From Dehalococcoidia bacterium (lineage in GTDB: Bacteria; Chloroflexota; Dehalococcoidia; UBA6926), in assembly GCA_963666115.2 (NCBI GenBank), contig CAXXET010000004.1, positions 224,001 through 288,000 on the forward strand: a stretch of 64,000 nucleotides of DNA. The letters are read 5' to 3'. Position 1 is the stretch's first letter, and the number at the start of each line of letters is the position of its first letter. Positions 10,100 to 20,660 of this stretch are shown in pieces. The position numbers and the translations under genes were made by a program. Under the pieces are notes generated by a model. That model saw only the letters and a program-made list of their open reading frames with translations. It was not told the origin of the DNA and made no database searches.

Positions 10100-10997
10100 C
10101 GGAATCCGACGGGGTCACGACGACGCGATCGCCGTCAACAGTCACCACCGCCCTCTCGCGCAGGCGAATACGGTCCATCAACTCGCGCGGAAGCTGTAGG
10201 CGCCCCATGCTGTCGACGAGAATATATTCGCGGGGCGGCTCCGATGCGCCGTCCTGTCCCGTCGGCCTGAAAGAATGCAGCGAGACGATCTCCGCGCTTG
10301 CGCGTCCGTCCCGGATGATGATGACGCGGTCGACGAAATTGGAAATCTCCGGGTCGTGGCTCACGATCACAATCGTCGTCCCATAGCGGTCTCGCAAGGA
10401 CTGGAAGAGATTCAAGACTGTTCGCGCCGTGTCCGTATCAAGTTCGCCCGTGGGCTCGTCCGCCAGGAGCAAGTCGGGCTGATTGGCGAGCGCGATGGCG
10501 ATGGCCACGCGCTGCTGTTCGCCCCCGGACAACTCATTGGCGTGGTGCGCGGCCCGTTCGGCAAGGCCTACGGCGTCCAGGAGTTCCTCTGCCCGCGCGC
10601 GCCGCTCTGATCCGCGAACGTTGGCAAGGAGCATGGGAAGTTCCACGTTTTCACGCGCTGTGAGATAGGGAACCAGGTTGCGCCCGGTCTGCTGCCAGAC
10701 GAACCCGACTTCACGGAGACGGTACGACTCCACGGCGCGCCCCCGCATGACGAGCAAGTCACGGTCTCCGACGCGAATATCGCCGGCGGAGGGGGTGTCA
10801 TAGCCCGCGAGGATGTTGAGCAGCGTGGATTTGCCGCTGCCGCTCGCCCCGACGATAGCGACGATTTCGCCGCGCGCCGCCTGGAAATCGAGGCCGCGCA
10901 GGGCGACCACTTCAAGGTCTTGCGCCTTGTAGATCTTGAAAAGGTCTCTGCAGACGATGTGGACGTCGCGGGGACTGTTGTGGTTCGTCATTGCCAT
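10089..10997 (-). CDS. ABC transporter ATP-binding protein with a C-terminal AbrB-like extension
   Basis: GASGSGKS, LSGGEQQR, ADEPTGELD; tail VDSMGRLQLPRE. The start could instead be 11027. Confidence 0.88.
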   Translation of the reverse strand: MAMTNHNSPRDVHIVCRDLFKIYKAQDLEVVALRGLDFQAARGEIVAIVGASGSGKSTLLNILAGYDTPSAGDIRVGDRDLLVMRGRAVESYRLREVGFVWQQTGRNLVPYLTARENVELPMLLANVRGSERRARAEELLDAVGLAERAAHHANELSGGEQQRVAIAIALANQPDLLLADEPTGELDTDTARTVLNLFQSLRDRYGTTIVIVSHDPEISNFVDRVIIIRDGRASAEIVSLHSFRPTGQDGASEPPREYILVDSMGRLQLPRELMDRIRLRERAVVTVDGDRVVVTPSDSGEF

Positions 10998-11013
10998 CAG
11001 TATGACTTGCCGC

Positions 11014-14000
11014 TCAGTCCTCGCCAATGCGCAGGGTCTGGCCCAGGGCGAGCGTATTGTACATGCGGACGACGAATGCCGTGGCGGCGACGAATACGGC
11101 GGCCATGAGCGCGTAGACGATCCCGATGGAAACGGCGCTCGTCTCGATGATGTAGGGCGGCAGCACGGCGACGCCGTCCTGCGTCCGGTCGAGGAACGGC
11201 ATCAGCAGCGCGCCGGTCCTCTGGCCAAGCAGGAATCCCGCCCCGATTCCGATGCCGACGACCAGCATGTGTTCAAACCAGACAACGGCGCGAATCTGCG
11301 GGCCGTTGAGTCCCATCGTGCGCAGCAGTGCGAACTGCCTGCCGCGCTCTCCAACCGTGAGGATGGAATGCGCCACGAAGCACGTGCCGCCGAGGAACAG
11401 AACCGCGCCGTAGGCCACCAGCAGCAGCGCGCCCCACCCTGCCGCGACGAGCGGATCGGCCTGCGAGGCGGCGATCAGGTCCCTGCGGTCGATGATATTG
11501 TTGGCGCCGACGGATTCCATGATGCCCCGGAGCGCCTCGGTTCGCTCGTCGCCCGTCAACCCCTCGTCAAGCCGGTACCAGACCTCGTTGGCCTGCGTTT
11601 CCTGTCCCTGGCCGACGAGATTCTGGTGGCGCAGGAGGCCCTGTATCTCCGTGATGACGTAGCCCGCGCCCTCGGTTAGGTTCATGGTGGGGAAGAAGTC
11701 AACGACATCAACGATTGTGCCGGGAACGCGCGCGCTGCCCACGCCGATATCGAGGATATCGCCGACACGGAGGCCGGAGGAGCGCAGAATGCCGGGGCTG
11801 ACCAGCATGGGCAACTGGTAAACCTGCGGGCCTGCGTAGAAGCCGCGCTGGACGAACGCCGTCGTCGCGCCCCAACTGAACAGGAGCGACGGGCCGCCGT
11901 CGCGCCCCGCGCCGCCAAGCAGTTGGAGAGAATCCGTCCGCGTGAGAGGCCCAATCTGTATGACGGCCAGGTCATCCCTGCCGGTGAACCGGCGGACGGA
12001 AACCGGCTCGGAACCCTCTGCGACCGTTCGCGTCATGATTTCGTCGACGTAGAATGCGCCGCCGGACATGCCCTCCGAGCGGGAGCGCTGCACGATTTGG
12101 AGAGAGACGAGGGTAAAGGGAGCGGCGGGCTGAATCGTGGGAACGGAACGCCCCCACGAACGGCGGCGGATCGGCTCAAGGGCGGCCTCGCGGTAGCTCC
12201 AGTCCGTGCTCTCCAGTGCGCCCAGGAATATGGTGAAGAAACGGCCGTTGCCGTCTTCGATGGTGGCAGTCAGGTTGGAGAGAGGATCGGGCTGCTCGGC
12301 GCTCCGAACCCACAGTCCCATGTGGCGGGCGTCGTCGGGCAGCCGAATGCCCCAATTCTCAATGGATTCACCACCGACGGCGTCCAGTGTTTCGTCGAGG
12401 GAGTTTGAGGCGAAATCGTCACGCCACCACGTCACGTTCTTGAGGGTTGGCGCGTCAACAGCCAGCGCCTCGAACCTGTCGGTGGATGACCCCGCAGCGA
12501 AGCCGGCGGAGGAGCGAAAGACGCGGGCGGCAGCGGCGACTCCATCCGGGGATTCGACGAGCGCTTGCATGTCCTGTGTCGGTCCCTGGCTGTTGGCGAT
12601 GGCGGCGCCGACGATGCGGGCGTCCGCCCCGGCCTCGTACCGCGCGCGCTCCTCATAGCTGCGGTCGAGCGTTCCGCCGAAACTGGCCGCGAAAGCGCCG
12701 AGCCCTGCGGCTAGAACGAGAAGCAGTACCAAACGGGTAACGGACAGCGGATTGCGCCCAACCTGCCAGAGGCCGAGCGCGAGCCACGTTGGGGATACGG
12801 GGGCGGCGATGCGCGCGACGAGGCCGCCGATGAGCGGCAGCACCCGCAGCAGGAGCAGGCCGGCAGAGAGCAGGAACAGCGTGGGGATGAGCAGCAAAAA
12901 CAGGTCCGCCCCCTGCTGGCCGGAGAGGGCGTCCGCGACCAACGATCCTTGCTGGCCGAGCTGCCAGAGGAAGATGAGTCCTGCGACGGCAAGTCCCACG
13001 TCGAGGTAGTAACGCTGGACGAATCCGACCTGGTTGGGTCGGACGATGAGGCGCCGTTCCTCAAGGAGGTTGCGGCGGGCGAGACGGAGGGTCGGGATGA
13101 GAAGGACGGCAAAGGCGAGCAGGCCCCCCACTCCCGCAAGGGCGAACGCTAAGGGGGAGACAGAAACGCGCAGCGGACCGCCGTCGCCAAGCGCAGAGAA
13201 TACGGGCAAGAATCCGATGCTCGCGATCAGTCCGGCCGCAATGAACGGGGCGGCGACGGAGGCGGCGGCAGTGACCAGCAGCCCCTGGACGGCGTAAATC
13301 TGGAGCACCTGCGGGGTTCGCGCGCCGCGGCTGCGGAGGAGGGCAGCATCCGCGCGCTGCCTGTCCGTGACAAGTCCGGCAAGGAACACGATGGCGTACA
13401 GCACCATGGCCGTCACGAGGAAGAGCATGATGGCGATGGGCGCTTCGATGAAGCGGATGCGTGTGTCATAGGTATTCAGCACGTCATCGAGTTCGGTGGT
13501 CTGCCGGTAGCTGTCCACGGAGCCCCCGAGCCCGCCGTTGAGTCCGGCAATGGCTCTGGCAAACCGCTCAGAATCCGCGGCGCGGATGTCATACGGGCTT
13601 GTGTAGTAGCGCGAGTAAAAGGAGCCGTCCGCCTTGAGGAACAGCGAGCCGACAGTGTCAACAAGCGTCTCAGCGGGAACGATCACGGGCAGCGTGCTCA
13701 GGAGCGTTGGTTCTCGCACAAGCCGTTGGAGGGCAGGCGCGTCCCAGTAGTGGGAGTCAGGATCGACGGGAACGGCAAAGCCCGTGATCCGGACGTTGAT
13801 CTTGCTCGTCTTGTCCTCCCAGAAGGGAACGAACGGCACGGTATCGCCGATCTCAAGGCCGAGATACTCCGCGCCCTGCCTCATGGCGACGGCCTCCACG
13901 GTCACGACGCCGTCAACCGTTTCGACCGCGCCCGGCTGCGCCATGCTCTCGATCAGCGCGAGGAGCTTCTGATTCGAATTGAGGACGTGGAACGTGGCAC

Positions 14001-14373
14001 GCGGCGTGGTTTCGAGGTCGATTTCGTCTGAGCCGTCGGTTGGCACGAGGAATGTTGAGGATCGGACAGTCAATACTTCACGCTCGGCCAGGCCGTCAAA
14101 TGCAGACGTGACGCCGGAATGAACGCGGCGCGTTGCGCGTTCATAGACCTCGCGGTCGATGCCCGATGTCTGGAAATGGACTTCGAGATCGAGGGATTCT
14201 TCATCAGCGTTCGTTATGGCGTGCTGGAGGCCAAGGTCGCGGAGCGCCTGGGTGTAGATGACGATGCTGGCCATGGTGGCCGCCGCGACAGTGGCGCCGA
14301 TCAGCACGGGCAGCAAGAGGGGCGCGTACGTGCGCAGCCGGCGCAAGACGAGCGGCAAAAGCCTGATGCCCAC
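11014..14373 (-). CDS. Large FtsX-like ABC permease
   Basis: Two TM clusters with LLRSRGA and LLRTMG motifs separated by large extracytoplasmic domains; GTG start after GGAGG. Confidence 0.85.
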   Translation of the reverse strand: MGIRLLPLVLRRLRTYAPLLLPVLIGATVAAATMASIVIYTQALRDLGLQHAITNADEESLDLEVHFQTSGIDREVYERATRRVHSGVTSAFDGLAEREVLTVRSSTFLVPTDGSDEIDLETTPRATFHVLNSNQKLLALIESMAQPGAVETVDGVVTVEAVAMRQGAEYLGLEIGDTVPFVPFWEDKTSKINVRITGFAVPVDPDSHYWDAPALQRLVREPTLLSTLPVIVPAETLVDTVGSLFLKADGSFYSRYYTSPYDIRAADSERFARAIAGLNGGLGGSVDSYRQTTELDDVLNTYDTRIRFIEAPIAIMLFLVTAMVLYAIVFLAGLVTDRQRADAALLRSRGARTPQVLQIYAVQGLLVTAAASVAAPFIAAGLIASIGFLPVFSALGDGGPLRVSVSPLAFALAGVGGLLAFAVLLIPTLRLARRNLLEERRLIVRPNQVGFVQRYYLDVGLAVAGLIFLWQLGQQGSLVADALSGQQGADLFLLLIPTLFLLSAGLLLLRVLPLIGGLVARIAAPVSPTWLALGLWQVGRNPLSVTRLVLLLVLAAGLGAFAASFGGTLDRSYEERARYEAGADARIVGAAIANSQGPTQDMQALVESPDGVAAAARVFRSSAGFAAGSSTDRFEALAVDAPTLKNVTWWRDDFASNSLDETLDAVGGESIENWGIRLPDDARHMGLWVRSAEQPDPLSNLTATIEDGNGRFFTIFLGALESTDWSYREAALEPIRRRSWGRSVPTIQPAAPFTLVSLQIVQRSRSEGMSGGAFYVDEIMTRTVAEGSEPVSVRRFTGRDDLAVIQIGPLTRTDSLQLLGGAGRDGGPSLLFSWGATTAFVQRGFYAGPQVYQLPMLVSPGILRSSGLRVGDILDIGVGSARVPGTIVDVVDFFPTMNLTEGAGYVITEIQGLLRHQNLVGQGQETQANEVWYRLDEGLTGDERTEALRGIMESVGANNIIDRRDLIAASQADPLVAAGWGALLLVAYGAVLFLGGTCFVAHSILTVGERGRQFALLRTMGLNGPQIRAVVWFEHMLVVGIGIGAGFLLGQRTGALLMPFLDRTQDGVAVLPPYIIETSAVSIGIVYALMAAVFVAATAFVVRMYNTLALGQTLRIGED

Positions 14374-14374
14374 G

Positions 14375-17300
14375 CTACGCCTCCGCCCCGCGCAGAACCC
14401 ACGCGACGGGCTGGGACACGTATGCCCGCCACAGGGTGGCGGCCAGGCCAAGGCCGGTGGCGCATATCAGCCCAATCACCAGCCCCGCCACCTGCCAGTC
14501 CGGCGACAGGATCAGGCTCGGCACAGGTTCGGTTCCGGCGAGACCCTGGAATCGCGGCACGAGAATCCAACTGAGGTAGCCGCCAGCGGCAATTGCGCCC
14601 GCTCCGGCCGGCAGCGCTATCGACACGTATTCAACAGCGAAAGACACCAGCGCGGTGACACGGGCCACGCCAAGCGCGCGCAGTACGGCGTTCTCTCGCG
14701 CGCGGTCAGAGGCTGCGCCTGCGGCATGAGCCGCGACGCCAACGGCCAACGCGCCGATGCCCCCGATCAGGGCAATCAGTGTCATGCCGCGCCACCCGGC
14801 GGACGCGAGCGGGCTTTGCTGTGTCTCTTCCTGGATGGCGATGCGGTCCACGACTTCGCCGGAGTACCTTTCATCGTTCACGATTGCATCCAAGATAGCC
14901 GTTCTTTCGTCAGGCGCGGCGGGCAGAGAGAGAAAGACGCGGTTCGGCCAGAGCTTCTTGGTGACGCTGACTGCGTTGACGTGGTCAATGAGCGACTGGC
15001 CGTTGGCGACAAGGAAGCCTGCCGAGCCGGGCTCAATTGTGGGGAATGCCGCAAGCGAGCCGACGATGCGGATGGGAACGAGCCGGTCTGCCACGTGCAC
15101 CGCCGCCAGGCTTCCCACCTGCCAGCCGCGATTCAGCAGGAGATCGTCGGAGGCGAGCATTGGTATGGAGGATGCGCCGGGGGAGATGTAGATGCCGCGC
15201 ACGCCGTCGCGCGTATCACGACCCCATGCGAACTTGAGCGTGCCTTGCCGTTGGCCTGTGGATGAGCCGGCCTCGATAACGTCGCGGCGTTCTCCGGTCA
15301 GCAGGATCGGCAGCCAATCGGCGGCCTCGTCAAAGTCCTCCACCGGCGTCTGGATGCCTGCGGCATTGATGGCGACAAAGTCGTCAAGCTCAAAGCTGCC
15401 GGGCGTCCCGTTCGCGCCTTCGACAGGTTCGTAGATCATGATGCTGTTGAGGGTGTAGGGGCCGGGGGGAGGCGGTTGGCTGCCGCGGGAAAGCCGCGTT
15501 TCAAGGAACCGCCAGCCCGAAAAGTCCAGCGCGCCGAGGCTGTACGTGTCCGGTCTCCCGAGCCCATCAATGATCTGGAGCCACAGGAAACGGTTGGCCT
15601 GCGCGCGTTCGGGGTTCACCCAGATGCCCACGCGCTGCGTTCCGTCCGGGATGACGCGCGGAGGCGCGAGTGATTCGTTCGTGATCGCAAGCTCAATGAG
15701 AAGCTGCTCCATGGGCACGTCTGCGTAATCGTCCCGGAATTCCAGCAGTCCGCCGATCGTGGACGGATCGACACCAATAAGCGGGACCAGCGTGCCTACC
15801 TGGATGGAGCCGAGACCCGCCTGGCTGGAGTACGCGGCAGAGGCGTCGCGGACACCGTCAAGCGCCCGATACGTCGCCGTCACCTCGTCGAATGACTTGC
15901 CGTCGAACGCCCGGTGGCGGTCGATGCGAACGTCGACGCCCGCCTGGAATGTCGCCTGGTCTGCCGCAGCCCTGTCCAACGTGCCGCCAAATGTAGCGAC
16001 AAAGACTCCGAGGACGCCGAAGAGGAGCAAGAGGCCGGCGAGGGCCGCCGCAGGCGTGGAGGCGCGGTTGACGCGCTCCAACGCCACGTCAACCGGCAAA
16101 CGTCCGAGGGCGCGGGCAACGGCGGCGGCAATCCGTATCCCGAACGGCAGCAGGCGGTAGAGGAGCAGCAGCGCGGCGAGCGTCATGGCAATGGGCACGA
16201 TGAGCACTGTGCGGTCAAGCTGCGCCGTGCCGTCCGTTTGCGCGACGGCGACGCCCTCCTCGACGCCTCGAATCTCCACCTGCCAGAGGATTGCGGCGGC
16301 GATTACGAGGAGAACGACATCAAGGTGCAGGCGGCGGAACCAGGGAAGATTTGTTGGCCGCGACCGCTCGCTCTGGAGCGTTGAGACGGGGACGCGGGAA
16401 GCGCCAATCACCGGTATGGCCATGACGGCAATCGTGAGGGCGACGCCCGCGGCGAGCCACGGCAGAATGGGAACAATTGGGGCGGGCGTAAGACTCGCAC
16501 CGTCGAGGGCAGTTTTCCACGCTCCAAGCTCACCGAGTCCACGAATTGCCCCGTAGGAAATAAGGGGCGCGAGGGCTGCGGAAACTATCGTTGCGCCGAA
16601 AGCCCACGCCAAAATCAGCGCGACGGTTCTCCCTCCTCCCGCTCCCCTGCTCCGCAGCAGGCCGACAATTCCCTCCGTCGTCCGCCCAACAGTGAAAGCA
16701 ATCATCGTCAGCGCGTAGAGCAGGATTGCAGCGACGATAACGAGAACAATAACGAGGGGCATCCGGTTGCGGGCGACCTCATCCCGGAAATCGGGCAGGC
16801 TGTTCGCGAGCAACGATATGAAGAGGCTGCGCGGCGCCTCCGCGGTGATTCGCCCTTGCAGGCTCGCCACAGCCGCGTCGGCATCGGCAAGCCCCATGTC
16901 GAGCAGACGGTCAGGGTTGACGTAGAGGGTGTCCGAGATGCTGCCGAGTAGGGAAGGCGTCTCCGCGCCGATACGGTCAACAAGGGTCTGTTCAGGCAGG
17001 AACAGGCTGACCATCCACAGGCCGGCATCGTTTCGCTCCGCGTCTAGCCGCGCGTAAAACAGTCCGCCAACCTGGAACCAGTAGCGTTCTTCGGGATCGA
17101 CCGGTTCCACGATGCCCACGAGGACAGCGTCATGAGGCGTGGCGGGCGGGGGGAGGCGGGTGTTGAGGCGGAATTGCTGGTCGATTTGGAATCCGGTCTT
17201 CTCTGCGGCAGCCCTGCCAAGCATGACTTCAATGGGGCCGCTTGAGACGAACTGCGCCCGCCGGCCCTCGACAATCTGAACTTTCTCGTCAAAACCCGAG

Positions 17301-17671
17301 CGGGACGTCAGCGTCGCGATTACGTCCGGTTCGTCCGTTCCGGTCAACGCCGTGCGAATGGAATAAGCGGTTGAATAGACCCCGCGCCGATCCAGCGCGT
17401 CGCCAAGCGTGTCCTCGGCGGCGGCGAGTATGACCTGCCGGGCGGCGTTGTATTGCTCCGGCTCGAACGACGAGTAGCTTGTGGAGACGAGGACATCCAG
17501 GTTCCTGGAGTTGCGTTCAAGGTAATCCTGGAAAGCAAGGCGCTCCACGGTGCTGAGATAAAGAGGGCCGAGAACGGAAAGGGTAATCGTCAGCAGGATT
17601 CCAAGGGATGCCACGAGCGCCAGCGCCCTCTTGCCCCTCGTCTGTCTCCACGCCAGCCGCCATGGCGACAC
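14375..17671 (-). CDS. Large FtsX-like ABC permease (paralog)
   Basis: Same architecture (LLRSRGA, AGVDVRI, VLRALG). Confidence 0.85.
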   Translation of the reverse strand: MSPWRLAWRQTRGKRALALVASLGILLTITLSVLGPLYLSTVERLAFQDYLERNSRNLDVLVSTSYSSFEPEQYNAARQVILAAAEDTLGDALDRRGVYSTAYSIRTALTGTDEPDVIATLTSRSGFDEKVQIVEGRRAQFVSSGPIEVMLGRAAAEKTGFQIDQQFRLNTRLPPPATPHDAVLVGIVEPVDPEERYWFQVGGLFYARLDAERNDAGLWMVSLFLPEQTLVDRIGAETPSLLGSISDTLYVNPDRLLDMGLADADAAVASLQGRITAEAPRSLFISLLANSLPDFRDEVARNRMPLVIVLVIVAAILLYALTMIAFTVGRTTEGIVGLLRSRGAGGGRTVALILAWAFGATIVSAALAPLISYGAIRGLGELGAWKTALDGASLTPAPIVPILPWLAAGVALTIAVMAIPVIGASRVPVSTLQSERSRPTNLPWFRRLHLDVVLLVIAAAILWQVEIRGVEEGVAVAQTDGTAQLDRTVLIVPIAMTLAALLLLYRLLPFGIRIAAAVARALGRLPVDVALERVNRASTPAAALAGLLLLFGVLGVFVATFGGTLDRAAADQATFQAGVDVRIDRHRAFDGKSFDEVTATYRALDGVRDASAAYSSQAGLGSIQVGTLVPLIGVDPSTIGGLLEFRDDYADVPMEQLLIELAITNESLAPPRVIPDGTQRVGIWVNPERAQANRFLWLQIIDGLGRPDTYSLGALDFSGWRFLETRLSRGSQPPPPGPYTLNSIMIYEPVEGANGTPGSFELDDFVAINAAGIQTPVEDFDEAADWLPILLTGERRDVIEAGSSTGQRQGTLKFAWGRDTRDGVRGIYISPGASSIPMLASDDLLLNRGWQVGSLAAVHVADRLVPIRIVGSLAAFPTIEPGSAGFLVANGQSLIDHVNAVSVTKKLWPNRVFLSLPAAPDERTAILDAIVNDERYSGEVVDRIAIQEETQQSPLASAGWRGMTLIALIGGIGALAVGVAAHAAGAASDRARENAVLRALGVARVTALVSFAVEYVSIALPAGAGAIAAGGYLSWILVPRFQGLAGTEPVPSLILSPDWQVAGLVIGLICATGLGLAATLWRAYVSQPVAWVLRGAEA

Positions 17672-17737
17672 GCGCCAACCCCTCCCCTCGATTCCCGATT
17701 CAGCGAATTATACTTGTTTACGGGGGAAGTGGGGCTA

Positions 17738-18505
17738 ATGGGGCCATTCATCGATTCACACACGCACATCGACCAGCACGATCCGGACGAATTGCCCGGT
17801 ATCGTGGCGCGCGCCCAGGACGCCGGCGTTGAAGCGATCATCGCGGCGGGCGTGACAATCGAGTCGTCCGAGCGGTGTGTGCAGTTGGCGCGGGAGTATC
17901 CGGACGTCGTGTGGGCGGGCGTCGGCGTCCACCCGATGGACATCTCCGGCCCGCTTTCGGACGGGGACGTCGACCGCCTGCGTGAACTGGCGCGGATGCC
18001 GGGCGTCGTCTGCATCAGCGAGACCGGGCTTGACTGGGAGCCGGGGAGGCCGGACAGGGCGGCGCAGGAACAGGCTTTCCGTGCACAACTGCGGCTTGCG
18101 GTTGAGCTGGATCTGCCCGTGATTTTTCACAACCGTGAGGCGGGCATGGAGCCGCTGGGGGTCATCCGAGAGGAGGTAGGCGATAAGGTTCCTGCCGTGG
18201 CGCACTATTTCCAGGGGCCGCTCGACTACGCTCTCGCCTGCCTCGACCAGGGCGTCTATCTGTCGTTGGCCAAGCCGCTGCTGAGGCTGCCGGACTTGCA
18301 GGACATCGTTGCGAAACATGCGCCTTTGGAGTCCATCGTCCTCGAAACGGACTCCTACCCGCAGCCTTGGAAGAAGCATCGGAGGAACTGGACAGAGCCG
18401 CGCGACGTGCCGACCGTTGCGGCAAAGGTGGCGGAACTCAAGGGCATCACCGTTCAGGAAGTCGCCGAGTCAACGACGGCCAATATGCGCCGCATCATTT
18501 CCTAA
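17738..18505 (+). CDS. tatD: TatD family metal-dependent hydrolase/DNase
   Basis: IDSHTH, GVHP, SETGLD, PVIFHNRE, ETDSYP. Confidence 0.88.
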   Translation: MGPFIDSHTHIDQHDPDELPGIVARAQDAGVEAIIAAGVTIESSERCVQLAREYPDVVWAGVGVHPMDISGPLSDGDVDRLRELARMPGVVCISETGLDWEPGRPDRAAQEQAFRAQLRLAVELDLPVIFHNREAGMEPLGVIREEVGDKVPAVAHYFQGPLDYALACLDQGVYLSLAKPLLRLPDLQDIVAKHAPLESIVLETDSYPQPWKKHRRNWTEPRDVPTVAAKVAELKGITVQEVAESTTANMRRIIS

Positions 18506-19800
18506 ACCCCCACTGCCGCGTCCCGCTCGCCGCTCTCCGATTCCGAACCCAGCAGCTGGTCCGGCATGGCAGTGCTGCGAAGCGACCGGAATATGAGGAG
18601 GATGACGATGACCAAAACGAGGGTGATTGCGCCCATGATCGCCGTGGCGGTCGGCGCCCCCCACTCCTCCGCCAGCCTGCCAATCATCGTGATCCCCACA
18701 GGCGAGGCTCCCCACGTCGTCGTGCGGATTGCGGACAGCCGCCCTCGCATGGAATCGCTGATGAGGAGTTGCGCCCGCGCGGTGGTGGCCACGAGGCAGG
18801 ACTGGAAGCCGAGACCGGCGAGATAGGCAAAGAGCAGGCTCAACGTCAGTATCTCGGAGAAGCTGAAAGCAATGAGGGCGAGCGAGAAGCCGATCCCGCC
18901 GAACACAATTAGGTTGCGGATGGCGCGGGGGCTGCTAAACGTTGCGAGGACAATGGACCCGGTCATGGAGCCTGCCCCCGCCGCCGCGCCGAGATCACCC
19001 GCCGCCGTCGCGCCCTGGTTGAGGACGTCACGCGCGAAGACGACAAGCTGGGTCTGGTAGGGCGAACCAAAGATGATCGCAGCGCCCGCAACCGTCATCA
19101 GGCCGAGGATGACCTTGTGGCGCCAAATGAAGAGGGCGCCTTCAACCGTGTCCTTCCAGACGATCGCCAGTGTCTTGTTTCCCTCGCGCGAGCCCTGGCG
19201 GATGTCGACGGGCAGGAGGAAGAAGATGGACACGATTGAGAGGCCGGCGGCAGCGCCGAATGCCGCCGCCCCGCCGAATTCGTCAAAGATGCGCCCGCCA
19301 ATGAAGCTGCCGACGAGCATCCCGCCGCTGAACATGATGGAGGACAGCGCGATGCCGTTGGCCATGTTGTCGCGGCTCACGAGGTTCGGCACCACGGCCA
19401 TACGCGACGGGAGAGCAACGGCGAATGCGATGCCAGCGATTACGCTCAGCACGAAGATGCTCCATAGCTCTATTTGGTCGATGGCAAGCAGGACGACGAA
19501 TCCCAGCAAAGCGAGGATCGTTATTATCTCCGTGACAATGAGTATCCACTTGCGGCTGAACCGGTCTGCCAGGACGCCGCCGAAGAGGGAAATCAATGAC
19601 GGCAGCTCGCCCGCAGTCCAGGCGGCGGCGACAAGTTCCGGGGAGTCTGTCATTTCAAGCACGACCCACCCCCGGAAGAGAAGGAGCATCATGTGGGACA
19701 TGATCGCGGCGACGGACGACAGCCAGAACAGGGTATAGTCGCCTGACCGGAAGGATCGCAGCGGGCCGCGGCCAAAGAGGGCTTGCAACAAGAAGACCAT
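18502..19800 (-). CDS. MFS transporter
   Basis: GGVLADRFSRK motif A; about 12 TM segments. Confidence 0.88.
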   Translation of the reverse strand: MVFLLQALFGRGPLRSFRSGDYTLFWLSSVAAIMSHMMLLLFRGWVVLEMTDSPELVAAAWTAGELPSLISLFGGVLADRFSRKWILIVTEIITILALLGFVVLLAIDQIELWSIFVLSVIAGIAFAVALPSRMAVVPNLVSRDNMANGIALSSIMFSGGMLVGSFIGGRIFDEFGGAAAFGAAAGLSIVSIFFLLPVDIRQGSREGNKTLAIVWKDTVEGALFIWRHKVILGLMTVAGAAIIFGSPYQTQLVVFARDVLNQGATAAGDLGAAAGAGSMTGSIVLATFSSPRAIRNLIVFGGIGFSLALIAFSFSEILTLSLLFAYLAGLGFQSCLVATTARAQLLISDSMRGRLSAIRTTTWGASPVGITMIGRLAEEWGAPTATAIMGAITLVLVIVILLIFRSLRSTAMPDQLLGSESESGERDAAVGV

Positions 19801-19860
19801 TACACCCTCTACAATACGGCATGATAGAGGGGTGGACGGCAGGGAGGCTGAAAGGAGCGG

Positions 19861-20658
19861 ATGGCAATGACAGGTTCATCGGATGTTGTCCTGTACGAGA
19901 AGCGGGATCGAATCGCGTACGTGACGTTGAATCGACCGGAGGCGATGAACGCGCTGAACTCAGCGGTGGGGGCGCGGCTCTATGAAATCTGGAGCGATTT
20001 CCGCGACGATGACGACCTGCTCGTCGCGATTATCACGGGAGAGGGCGGACGGGCGTTTTCCGCCGGCGCAGACCTGAAAGAGGTGAGCGGCAGGCAGGCT
20101 GAGGGGAAATCTCAATTCGAGGAGCGGGGGCCCGGCTCTCGATTCATTCCCGATCTCAATGTCTGGAAGCCGATCATCGCGGCCATTGACGGCTATTGCG
20201 TGGCAGGCGGCCTGGAACTGGCGATGCAATGCGATATCCGCCTCGCAACGGAGAAGTCGCAGTTCGGCCTGCCGGAGCCGCGCTGGAGCATCATGCCCGC
20301 CTACGGCCTGCACCACATGATGCGGATGGTTCCAACAGGCGACGCGCTGCGGATGATGCTCACGGGCAGCCGCATCACGTCCGATAACGCGCTGCGGATC
20401 GGCCTCATCCAGGAGGTGCATCCGGACCGCGACGCGCTGATGGAGGCGGCCCAGGGAATCGCGGAAGAGGTCAAGCTCTGCGCGCCGATGGCCGTGCAGG
20501 CGATCAAGCAGATCGCGTACGTTGGCCGCAGTATGGCGCCGGAGTACTCATACCGGTTCGCGCAGGAGTTGAGCGCGAAGGTGCTGGGCAGCGAGGACGC
20601 GGCGGTTGGGCCTGCGGCGTTCGCGGAGCGGCGCACGCCGGAGTGGAAGGGGCGGTAG
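19861..20658 (+). CDS. Enoyl-CoA hydratase/isomerase family protein
   Basis: LNRPEAMNAL, FSAGADL, GYCVAGGLELAMQCDIR, FGLPE. Confidence 0.92.
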   Translation: MAMTGSSDVVLYEKRDRIAYVTLNRPEAMNALNSAVGARLYEIWSDFRDDDDLLVAIITGEGGRAFSAGADLKEVSGRQAEGKSQFEERGPGSRFIPDLNVWKPIIAAIDGYCVAGGLELAMQCDIRLATEKSQFGLPEPRWSIMPAYGLHHMMRMVPTGDALRMMLTGSRITSDNALRIGLIQEVHPDRDALMEAAQGIAEEVKLCAPMAVQAIKQIAYVGRSMAPEYSYRFAQELSAKVLGSEDAAVGPAAFAERRTPEWKGR

Positions 20659-20660
20659 CC

